Shown here: positions 1 to 8,250 of the stretch, in pieces
How the letters are laid out: each line of letters begins with the position of its first letter
Numbering within the stretch: position 1 is the first letter of the stretch
DNA from: a virus
DNA length: 64,000 bases
IMG/VR virus record: IMGVR_UViG_3300012090_000181
Reading direction: 5' to 3' (one strand)
Program-made: the position numbers and the translations under genes
The notes under the pieces: model-generated
The model's database searches: none
Seen by the model: the letters and a program-made list of their open reading frames with translations, nothing else
What the model was told of the DNA's origin: nothing

Positions 1-2
1 AA

Positions 3-509
3 GCAGAAGGCATCCTTTATGGTGGTTCCCCGCGCCTCCATAGCACACAGGTCCTGACCGACCTTGACCCACGCTGGGAGTTCCCCAAGCTTGATGACCA
101 ATCTCTGATAGTTCTGTCCGGGACCACCGGCTACCCATGGAAGGATGCTTTGAGAGACCTGGATACGACAGAGCAGGCAGAACGTGATGAAAGTGAGGTC
201 GAAGATCTGCATCGGATCGGGATCGGCTATGACGGATCCGGGCGGCTCTGGAACATCGTTCGTGTGATCGCCGATTACGGCTCTGGTGAGGAGATGGAAT
301 GGCGCATCTGGGGTGCCGACAAAGGAGCGCCGTTTGGAGAAACCTTTCATCCTGGTCTGGATTATCCGCAGATGGAAGGCGCCGAGATGGTTTTCGAGTG
401 CCGCCATCTCTCGGGTCCTGATGGCGCACCGAAGCGTCGGCCGTCCATCCGGATCGATCAGGACAACCAGGTTACCGTCGACGGCGAAAAGCTGACCGCC
501 TTGATCTGA
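3..509 (+). CDS. ILYG-tagged family B protein (5'-partial)
   Basis: Frame of ORF 150..509 is open back to base 3 and reads AEGILYGGSPR; shares IADYGxGEE with the next gene. Confidence 0.75.
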   Translation, partial: AEGILYGGSPRLHSTQVLTDLDPRWEFPKLDDQSLIVLSGTTGYPWKDALRDLDTTEQAERDESEVEDLHRIGIGYDGSGRLWNIVRVIADYGSGEEMEWRIWGADKGAPFGETFHPGLDYPQMEGAEMVFECRHLSGPDGAPKRRPSIRIDQDNQVTVDGEKLTALI

Positions 510-686
510 CCCGGCATGTTATCCTGGTTCCGGCAGAAGCCGTCAGATCACCAGATTGGCCTAGGACAGATCTGATCGCTGCTCATCCTGAAGCTTTCAG
601 GCAGTTCAATGCAAAGCCAAGTTTTCAGGTAGTTCTTGGATCTGTGCCGACTTGTCTACTTCATCGGCTTCTGCTATCATCTGCTG

Positions 687-1220
687 ATGGCATGTGATCC
701 GTCTTCTCTGGTCGTTCAAGGCCGCTCGGTGCTTTCGGCCTATGAGAGCGAAGACATTCTTTATGGCGCGTTCCCACGCCGGCAGGCCCCTATAGACGAA
801 AGCATCAGCTTATGGGATTTTCCTGCCGCTGCTCGCCGACCATTGAAGGAGTATGGCAACATCGGCTTCGCCTGGATGAACGCTCTGCATGATCTCTACC
901 AGCTCGAGGATCAAGACCTGCTGCACGGCGATGCAATCGAGATCACTCGCCTGGCCGTCGGAACCGTCGATGACAATCATCTGCTGATCGTGAACAAGCT
1001 GATCGCCGATTACGGCTTCGGCGAAGAGGTAGATCTGCAGATCGGATATGCTGCCAAGGGCGATCCAAGGATCCGGCAATCCGTCGTCTCTCACTATCCG
1101 ACCGATGCAAGCTATAAAGGTTTCACCTTCGTCTGCTCACTCGGTCAGATACACATCCTTCATGCTGATGGTGAGAACCAGGGCTATCTCGACGGTGAGT
1201 TGCTGAAACCGCTGGATTAG
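687..1220 (+). CDS. ILYG-tagged family B protein
   Basis: SEDILYG; TATCAT 675-680 then 6 nt then ATG 687; LIVNKLIADYGFGEE similar to gene 3..509. Confidence 0.75.
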   Translation: MACDPSSLVVQGRSVLSAYESEDILYGAFPRRQAPIDESISLWDFPAAARRPLKEYGNIGFAWMNALHDLYQLEDQDLLHGDAIEITRLAVGTVDDNHLLIVNKLIADYGFGEEVDLQIGYAAKGDPRIRQSVVSHYPTDASYKGFTFVCSLGQIHILHADGENQGYLDGELLKPLD

Positions 1221-1337
1221 AACTCCCTGCCAACCCCAGGATACTGAAGCATTCCTGTTCATCCGGCATCATCGAACAGGTAGCGTGACCAGGTGGCAAA
1301 ACCAGGGCCGAGCGCAGGCCGCCGCTATGCTGAAGGT

Positions 1338-1793
1338 ATGCCTCGCGGTCTGAACACGGATACAGCGGAGAATATCCTCTACGGCCGGTATTCCAGAAAA
1401 ACAGCGCTGCCGCAGCTGAAGATACCAGGAGCTACTGATCCGGCACTCTACGTGGGCACAAATTATCATCAGGCGATGCTGGATGTCTGGGATCATGAGA
1501 AGACATTGTCCTTGAGTGGGCGCGTACGCAGGATAGCCGAAGGAACGATCGCCGATGGCCGGAGACTGATCGTGGTCGACAAAGTGACCGCTCTAGGTCT
1601 TGGCAAGGATGTATCCCTCTATCATCTTTGGCATGCCGACATAGGAGCAACCGAGGTCAGACGCGAGAACGGGCACGCGGTTCATGAGGACGGCATCGAG
1701 TTGAAGATAGAAACCGCTGTCGGTGACATCAGCATCAGCGATCTCGGCTCACGGCCAAAGTTCAACGGCTTCGATCTACAGCCGTTGATCTGA
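1338..1793 (+). CDS. ILYG-tagged family B protein
   Basis: MPRG...AENILYG; TATGCT 1326-1331 then 6 nt then ATG; LIVVDKVT..YHLWxAD shared with 2567..3142. Confidence 0.8.
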   Translation: MPRGLNTDTAENILYGRYSRKTALPQLKIPGATDPALYVGTNYHQAMLDVWDHEKTLSLSGRVRRIAEGTIADGRRLIVVDKVTALGLGKDVSLYHLWHADIGATEVRRENGHAVHEDGIELKIETAVGDISISDLGSRPKFNGFDLQPLI

Positions 1794-1809
1794 AACCACC
1801 AACTGCGAC

Positions 1810-2469
1810 TTACTTTCGGCTTTTCCTACGCGGGTGTCTGCGTCTGGCCCCGAGATCGATTCGCTCGACCCAGCCCCAGGCCTGACGCGCGGAGTTGGCG
1901 TAGATCCAGCAATCGGGATCATCTTCCCACGGCTCTTTGTCTCCGAGCGGATCGAGTAGATACCAGAAGCCGGTATATTCGGTCAGCTCTTCTACCGCTG
2001 CCAACCAGTGCGGATTGGAATGGACAGTCTCCTGACGACCGTCCTCCAGGGTGGCCACGATCCTGGTCTTGCAGCCCTGCTTCTTGACCGTCTTGAAATC
2101 GATGACCTGAACCAGGCTTTCCAGACGGGAACGATTCTCGAAGATATCGCGCAGAATGACCTGCGCATCGTAAGAGGCCTCCGGGCCATGATCGCCGCGC
2201 CCACCTGGTTCGGCCGGCAGTTCCGGCTCAGCCTGAATCCACTCCTCCGGGATCTTCGAGGCCTGGGCGAACCAGCGCTGCGTCCCGCTGTACCCGATGC
2301 CGAAACCGATCTTCTCAAAATAGCCGTGGTTCAGATCGAGTTCGAGTGGATCGACCTGCCCGAGCATCGGCGAGTAGGGAGAAGGAGTGTCGATGACCAC
2401 ACCTCGATTGATGTTCAGCGGAGAGCCATAGAGTATCTGCTCCGGATCGATCAGTCGTTGCTCGCCCAT
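1810..2469 (-). CDS. ILYG-tagged family A protein
   Basis: PEQILYG; GYSGTQRWFAQASKIPEEW; LAAVEEL; TATAAT 6 nt before ATG 2469. Confidence 0.8.
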   Translation of the reverse strand: MGEQRLIDPEQILYGSPLNINRGVVIDTPSPYSPMLGQVDPLELDLNHGYFEKIGFGIGYSGTQRWFAQASKIPEEWIQAEPELPAEPGGRGDHGPEASYDAQVILRDIFENRSRLESLVQVIDFKTVKKQGCKTRIVATLEDGRQETVHSNPHWLAAVEELTEYTGFWYLLDPLGDKEPWEDDPDCWIYANSARQAWGWVERIDLGARRRHPRRKSRK

Positions 2470-2566
2470 CATCGGATTATAGCAGGTCGGCAAAATCATC
2501 AGTGTCGGCGGGAGTACCCGCCTGTTTCTACTTGCTTTCGGTACCAGCTGCTGCTATCCTCGTCTC

Positions 2567-3142
2567 ATGCCAGCTTCCCTTGACGATCTTGGTTCCGCGA
2601 TGAAGGATGGCCCTGAGCCGGTTGAACCTGGTGCCTCGGTTGAACCTGGTGCCTCGGTTGCCGGTATTCTCTATGGTCGAACTCAAGCCCGGAGCAGCAT
2701 CATCGAGCGCGTGGTCGAGAAGGTCATCGGAGCTGTTGATCCGAAAGCTTATGCGGTCACGCCATACTACCTGGCGATGCTGCATCTACTGTCGGCCGAG
2801 GAAGAACTACTGGTCGACGGTCGGGTGGAAAGGGTCATGGCCGGAACGATCTACAATGGCAATCAGCTGATCGTCGTCGATAAGGTCACACCAAAGGACA
2901 AGAGCGGCTTTATTCGCCCGCCCAGGCATTATCAAGAAATGGCAGGTCGGGTGACGCCGATAGATCCGGATACTGCATATCATCTCTGGCGAGCGGACAA
3001 AAAAGACCAGGAGGTCAGTCATATCGAGGTCACTGCTGCTGTCATCCGTGCCGACGGATCATTGCGACTGATGACCGAGGGCGGTGTCTTTCTTTCCTCC
3101 CCGGCCAGCTTCCGAGGTTTCAAGATCAGTCCGCTGACCTGA
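2567..3142 (+). CDS. ILYG-tagged family B protein
   Basis: VEPGASVEPGASVAGILYG; TATCCT 2555-2560 then 6 nt then ATG. Confidence 0.8.
   Translation: MPASLDDLGSAMKDGPEPVEPGASVEPGASVAGILYGRTQARSSIIERVVEKVIGAVDPKAYAVTPYYLAMLHLLSAEEELLVDGRVERVMAGTIYNGNQLIVVDKVTPKDKSGFIRPPRHYQEMAGRVTPIDPDTAYHLWRADKKDQEVSHIEVTAAVIRADGSLRLMTEGGVFLSSPASFRGFKISPLT
2619..2660 (+). repeat. In-frame 18-bp tandem repeat (VEPGAS x2) in tag leader
   Basis: cggttgaacctggtgcct occurs twice plus a partial third unit. Confidence 0.9.
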
Positions 3143-3189
3143 AGGCACCAATGTCTGCGCAAGTAAAAGGTTCAGTCTAGGATCTGTAT

Positions 3190-3678
3190 ATGGCACGCGG
3201 TAGCTCACATGGTTGTGATACTGGTGACGCGATCCTTTATGGTCGCCAAGAGCGCACTGCCGTGATCGAAACTATCGCGCAAGTCATCGGTGGGCATGAT
3301 ATTGAGGCTTATGCCGAGACCCCTTATCATCGACAGATGCAGATGATCCTGGAACAAGAGCAGGCTCTCGCCGGCTGGTTTCCGGTGGAGAGGATGGTCG
3401 AGGGAGTATATCGGGCCAGTCACCGTTTCGTCCAAAATCTCGCCATGGATCAGCGTCTGCTGATCATAGACAAACTGGATATTCCTACGGATACTGTTTT
3501 TGCCGTCTGGCATGCCTTACCAGACGATGCGGAGCCGACCCGAGAAGTGATCGACAGTAGCTCGATTACCGATGCCGGCTACGAGATATTCGGCGAAGAC
3601 CTGACCATCCGTTATCACACGAAGGGTGATTGGCTGACCTGTGCAGGCCGAACGGTCGAGCCATTGTTTGCCGACTGA
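3190..3678 (+). CDS. ILYG-tagged family B protein
   Basis: MARG...GDAILYG; YAETPYH and RLLIIDK match family B; TAGGAT 6 nt before ATG. Confidence 0.8.
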   Translation: MARGSSHGCDTGDAILYGRQERTAVIETIAQVIGGHDIEAYAETPYHRQMQMILEQEQALAGWFPVERMVEGVYRASHRFVQNLAMDQRLLIIDKLDIPTDTVFAVWHALPDDAEPTREVIDSSSITDAGYEIFGEDLTIRYHTKGDWLTCAGRTVEPLFAD

Positions 3679-3865
3679 AGCCACCTGTTTCTGAGGCACC
3701 CCTTGATAGTCATCCGATAGCCTGTCCGCATGACCGTAAGGCCACGTGCTGTTCTACTCCATATCGCTGGCCTATTTCATATATTATATGCGTTCAGCCA
3801 AGGTTGAAAAACATGGACAGCGAATACTCGGTCGCCGCCGTCGGCGCATGCGCTATGCTTCGATG

Positions 3866-4663
3866 ATGGACTTGATCGTGATCAAGCTGGGATCAAATAT
3901 CGTCTGTGATGCTGACGGCGAGATTAGAAGTACTGTGCTTGACACTGTCTGCGAGCAGATCGCCGAGCTGCAACAGGGCAGTAATCGCGTGATCATGGTC
4001 ACTTCGGGCGCGATCGCCCGTGGGCGGCATTCGCTCGGTATCGGTGACAAGCCTGAGGATCTGGCCAAGTTGCAGGCCTGCTCGGCCGTGGGCCAAGGTG
4101 ATCTGTTCCGACAATACGAGCGCAGACTGGCCGATCGCGGGATCTCCACAGCGCAGATACTGCTGACCTCCAGGGATCTGGAGTTGAGCATCGCCCGTGA
4201 CAACACCTCGACGACCCTGTCCCAGTTGCTGGAATGGGGCGTGGTCCCGGTCATCAACGAGAACGACACGACATCGACCGCCGAGATCACCTTCGGTGAC
4301 AATGACCTGTTGGCTGCCGAGATCAGCAGCCTGGTCAATGCCGATATGTTATTGCTGCTGACCAACACCGACGGTGTATTTTCTTCTGATCCTCGTGAGG
4401 ATCCGGATGCCGAGTTGGTTCCCAGGATCACCAGTCCAGAACAGCTGAAACAGGTCAAAGTAGGTGCTTCGCCGTCAGCTCATGGTTCCGGTGGCATGGC
4501 CAGTAAGTTGAAAGCAGCCGCACAGGCCTGCGCCGTCGGCACGGTCACGGTGATTTGCAATGGTGCTGATGAGCAGGCGATCACAGGTGCCGTCTGTGGT
4601 AAGCCCTCTGGCACGGTGATCTGCATCCCACCGGATCCTCCTTATCAAGCTCACAACCGATAA
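3866..4663 (+). CDS. proB: Glutamate 5-kinase, no PUA domain
   Basis: VIKLGSN, VTSGAI, SAVGQG, VPVINENDT, FGDNDLLAA, LLTNTDG, GSGGMASKL; TATGCT 3854-3859 then 6 nt then ATG 3866. Confidence 0.95.
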   Translation: MDLIVIKLGSNIVCDADGEIRSTVLDTVCEQIAELQQGSNRVIMVTSGAIARGRHSLGIGDKPEDLAKLQACSAVGQGDLFRQYERRLADRGISTAQILLTSRDLELSIARDNTSTTLSQLLEWGVVPVINENDTTSTAEITFGDNDLLAAEISSLVNADMLLLLTNTDGVFSSDPREDPDAELVPRITSPEQLKQVKVGASPSAHGSGGMASKLKAAAQACAVGTVTVICNGADEQAITGAVCGKPSGTVICIPPDPPYQAHNR

Positions 4664-4731
4664 GGCCACACAGTGCGAGCGGGATCATAAAATGAGTAGT
4701 TCCCTTGCAGCTCTTGCTTTATCATCAGCTC

Positions 4732-4977
4732 ATGTCGATTGCATACGAGCAGAACCTGCTGGCTGAGCAAGGTGTGTCTTTGGCCAAGGGCCTGATCATC
4801 GAAGAGATGCAGGCGGGATCCTCTGAGCGGACGCGAACAGACGTCGAGTTGGTCGTGGCCTTGAGCCTGCCGTACGAGCTTCTCCAGGCGGCCATCGAGG
4901 AGCTGGTCGATGAAGGCATCCTTGTGCATGAGGACACCGCCTCAGAAGGACGCATCTATCACCTGGCGAACAGCTAG
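4732..4977 (+). CDS. Small winged-helix-like protein
   Basis: LQAAIEELVDEGIL...RIYHL resembles a wHTH wing; TATCAT 4720-4725 then 6 nt then ATG 4732. Confidence 0.5.
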   Translation: MSIAYEQNLLAEQGVSLAKGLIIEEMQAGSSERTRTDVELVVALSLPYELLQAAIEELVDEGILVHEDTASEGRIYHLANS

Positions 4978-5099
4978 AGAGCTCATCTTACTTTTTATCT
5001 CGCTACGGTTAGTTTGCTTTTGATCAAATCTGACATCAGCGCTTGAACAAAATGTCATGGTACTCGGATAAATAGCCGCTAAATAGTTCTTTAGAGCAG

Positions 5100-5360
5100 A
5101 TGCTAGGAATTAAACTGACGATAATGCTTGCTCTTGCCTCTTTAGAGATAGAAGCTTCTTATGGAAATAATGAGCACCTGTATTTGGTAGGAGCTATCAG
5201 CCTAGTGATCCTCGTTCCTTCTCTCGTGTATGTGTTCAGCAGGATGAAGACGCAATCACGACGTAGTGCCAGCAAGTACACGCTAACTTCCGCATTATTC
5301 TTGGCTTTTTTGGTTTTCGGTTTTATCGCATATATCATAAATAAAGGCCTTTCGCACTAA
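5100..5360 (+). CDS. Small two-TM membrane protein (island family)
   Basis: LASLEIEASYG..H..ILVPSLVYVFSR..SRRSASKYTL; paralog of 5364 and 6339. Confidence 0.7.
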   Translation: MLGIKLTIMLALASLEIEASYGNNEHLYLVGAISLVILVPSLVYVFSRMKTQSRRSASKYTLTSALFLAFLVFGFIAYIINKGLSH

Positions 5361-5428
5361 CTGATGTCCTCTATCACGGATTTAGTCTCAAGTTATCTTT
5401 TTGCCTCTTTAGAGATAGAAGCTTCTTA
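5134..5428 (+). repeat. 28-bp direct repeat between adjacent paralogs
   Basis: ttgcctctttagagatagaagcttctta at 5134-5161 and 5401-5428. Confidence 0.9.
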
Positions 5429-5633
5429 CGGAAGCAATGTACACTGGTATGTGATGGGGACAGCCGGGTTGTTCATTTTGCTTCCTTCTATAGTCTACGT
5501 ACTCAGCAGAGCAAGGACACGTTCACGGCACAGTGCCCGCCGGTACACGCTAGCCTGCGTATTGATTTTGATCATTTTGCTACTTGCGGTTCTTTATCAC
5601 TTTCTGCATAATGGCCCTTCGCCTCCACACTGA
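5364..5633 (+). CDS. Small two-TM membrane protein (island family)
   Basis: FASLEIEASYGSNVHWY..LLPSIVYVLSR..SRHSARRYTL. Confidence 0.7.
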   Translation: MSSITDLVSSYLFASLEIEASYGSNVHWYVMGTAGLFILLPSIVYVLSRARTRSRHSARRYTLACVLILIILLLAVLYHFLHNGPSPPH

Positions 5634-5776
5634 TGACTGGTAGGTCTATCTCATTTACTGTTCAGGGCTATAAATAGTATCTATTCCATCTCGTCTTCCT
5701 GGTCAGTCCGCCCAAAATTTATTTCTGTATCCTACAAACATTCGTCTGGAACCACTGTACGGCATATATTATTCAG

Positions 5777-5959
5777 ATGGAGGGGATAGTCATTGGAACG
5801 ATCATTGTTTTTGGTTTTCTTATTGCTTACTTACTCGAACGCTATTCATATAAATCTTCTACACAAAAATCATTGTTGAATACTCTGTTCATCATATTGA
5901 TCGTACTGGCTATTTTGTATGTCATATTTGGTTTGGTAGTAAGCGGTTCTAATAATTAG
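5777..5959 (+). CDS. Small two-TM membrane protein
   Basis: Two hydrophobic helices around a KSSTQKSL loop; TATATT 6 nt before ATG; similar to 7087. Confidence 0.6.
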   Translation: MEGIVIGTIIVFGFLIAYLLERYSYKSSTQKSLLNTLFIILIVLAILYVIFGLVVSGSNN

Positions 5960-6338
5960 AAAGAAAATAACAATTGTGTTTATACCAAAGTTATTTATAA
6001 GATCTGCTATCTTTACTGTACTGATGCAGGTAATGATCTACATGTCTGCTGGAGAGCTTGGATCGTCTCTTGATGCGCAACTGCTTGCTATACGGCTTTG
6101 AGCTTTTACGGTAAATGATACCAGCGATCAATGGTTTACCGTTTTATGAATACTCATTGCCTGCGCCCTTGCTCCGGTTTTCTTCCCTGCCAGGATTTAT
6201 CCTCGGCCGGTCTGCACGATCAATTCTCTGCTTGGAAGAATAGCTCACGGTAATTCCGCTGGCGAGTCGTTGCTTTGCGCTCATATAGCAAATGCTAGAT
6301 AGTTCCTTCAACCAGGTACTCCGAACTACACTACGGTA

Positions 6339-6572
6339 GTGACTAGTCCTGGTTTGGTAGACATATTAGCTTCATATGGAAGCAAAGGACATTGGCGTTT
6401 GATAGAAGCCGTCAGCCTGATTATTCTCATTCCTTTGGTTATATATGTATTCAGTAGGGTAATGACCCAATCACGACGCAACGCCAGCAAGTATACTCTC
6501 ATTGTCACAATAATCATGACCATCGTGATATTTGGTTTTATCTTTTATATCCTGAGCAATGGACCATCGTGA
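6339..6572 (+). CDS. Small two-TM membrane protein (island family)
   Basis: ILASYGSKGHW..ILIPLVIYVFSR..SRRNASKYTL. Confidence 0.7.
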   Translation: MTSPGLVDILASYGSKGHWRLIEAVSLIILIPLVIYVFSRVMTQSRRNASKYTLIVTIIMTIVIFGFIFYILSNGPS

Positions 6573-6600
6573 TCACACTGACCACATGATCACACTGACC
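6570..6600 (+). repeat. 14-bp direct repeat
   Basis: tgatcacactgacc at 6570-6583 and 6587-6600. Confidence 0.9.
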
Positions 6601-6684
6601 GCGATTTGCAACGGTGCCGACGATTCCTCAGGTACGGTGATCTATATCCCGCCGAACCCGTCTTGGCCTGTTCGGGTTCTATAG
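6586..6684 (+). pseudogene. Degenerate copy of the proB 3' end (32-codon mini-ORF)
   Basis: Translates MITLTAICNGADDSSGTVIYIPPNPSWPVRVL; ProB ends VICNGADEQAITGAVCGKPSGTVICIPPDP. Confidence 0.7.
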
Positions 6685-6834
6685 CCGCGATTGCCTCTTT
6701 ACTCTGCTTGAGATAAGAACCGAGGATTGTGTGCCAGGCAGGTAAAACTGCATTTGATTTGATAACGTCATTATCTATTCTCAGATAGGCTAATAATTCT
6801 ATCTAAATCAAGTGCTCATATCATAACCATACGA

Positions 6835-7023
6835 ATGTATCCGGGCGCTATATTGATATTAGGAAGCATAGTTTTTGGGATCATTTATCTTCTCGTCTCT
6901 AGAGCGAGAAAAGATCCTGATAGATCCGATACGGCTAACATTATCACAATACTTATTTGTGTCGGAGTAATAGCTCTCGCCGGATACATATACTGGCTGC
7001 TTGCTATCGCGCTTCCAGATTGA
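6835..7023 (+). CDS. Small two-TM membrane protein
   Basis: Two hydrophobic helices around a charged loop. Confidence 0.6.
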   Translation: MYPGAILILGSIVFGIIYLLVSRARKDPDRSDTANIITILICVGVIALAGYIYWLLAIALPD

Positions 7024-7086
7024 ATTGCTTTGCGAGCAAAGCCTCAAATCTATTATCATCCATAGGCTTGAGACTAGAGTGCATAG

Positions 7087-7272
7087 ATGCTTGTTCTTAT
7101 CTTGACAGCAACCGTATTACTCGCCGGTATTATAACATACGTGGTATCCAAATATGGCGAGAAGTCTTCATCAAAGCAATCTCTAAAACAATCTAGTTAT
7201 GTGGCCATCGGTATTGTTCTCCTGATTGCCGGCTTTTTCCTCTATATAATAACAAGTGGAAAAGTAAATTGA
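7087..7272 (+). CDS. Small two-TM membrane protein
   Basis: Two TM helices, KSSSKQSL loop; TAGAGT 6 nt before ATG. Confidence 0.6.
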   Translation: MLVLILTATVLLAGIITYVVSKYGEKSSSKQSLKQSSYVAIGIVLLIAGFFLYIITSGKVN

Positions 7273-7481
7273 CTTGCAAACGCTGTAACTAGATGCTTTT
7301 ACTACAAGTTAGTTGAGCATAAAGTTTCCTGGCAAAAATTCATTTTACTGTCGGGCATTATTTAGCGTCCAACTATGCATGCGCTCATCGTAGCCGCTAT
7401 CATATTAGTTTCGAGCATTTTGATTTATATCGTACGAGCAAATCTTCGAAAATAAACCGCATCGTGGATAAACTGAATCCG

Positions 7482-8033
7482 ATGCAACCTGAAGAGATCC
7501 TCTATGGCTCTGCCCGAGCAACACGTCGGAAGCTGCTTCCTTATCATGAGCGCCCTCCGCTGCCATTGGATTCTGACAACACCGGCACGGCATCTGGGTG
7601 GTTCAAGGATAAAAGCGGCTGGCTCGGAACCGATAACTGGACAGCCAGGTCTCATACGCTGCCCGCTGAGTTTCGGCCGGCTCCGGGGCGCAGACAAGCT
7701 CAGTCGGACCTGAAACTGACCCAATATCCGCTTCGGTTCTTTGATACTACCGTGGTGGATTTCATCGCTCGTGTGGGAGCGCTGCGCGGGCAAGGCCTTC
7801 AGACCGTCGAGCTGCTGTATCGTCCAGCTGCCCCTGATGTAGTGCTTTTGCATCAGTATCAAGGGGATGAGCTGCTGCTTGTGCCGCTGGGTCTGGAAGT
7901 CTCCACAGCTCATCTGGCCGCAGTCGAGACGATACGCAGTCCTGGTAGCTGGATATTCGATCCCCGGCAACAGCTACTCTATCTGAAAGAAGCCGGAGCT
8001 GGTGTCATCAGCGGCATGGTTCGCTGCCGTTGA
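7482..8033 (+). CDS. ILYG-tagged family A protein
   Basis: MQPEEILYG; SGWLGTDNWTARSHTLP; HLAAVETI..GSW. Confidence 0.8.
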   Translation: MQPEEILYGSARATRRKLLPYHERPPLPLDSDNTGTASGWFKDKSGWLGTDNWTARSHTLPAEFRPAPGRRQAQSDLKLTQYPLRFFDTTVVDFIARVGALRGQGLQTVELLYRPAAPDVVLLHQYQGDELLLVPLGLEVSTAHLAAVETIRSPGSWIFDPRQQLLYLKEAGAGVISGMVRCR

Positions 8034-8250
8034 TGCTTATAAGCTTTCTGGCCCGACTGCATACATACTGCATGCATTTTATATGCATCATGCAGTCATA
8101 CAGCAGTGTTTTTACATGCAAAGTTCTAGAAAGCGGTGACTTGTCGCTGTGGTTCCATTTGGAGCGCCCTGCCGAGAAAAAGGCCGGGGTGAGACAGCAG
8201 CAACGGCTTCTGCTTGAACTACCTGCCTGGATCTGATATAGTCCGCATTC

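Larger units (their letters stand above)
4980..7440. other. AT-rich island of small two-TM protein paralogs
   Basis: Visibly AT-richer than flanks; six short hydrophobic ORFs, all on +. Confidence 0.75.
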
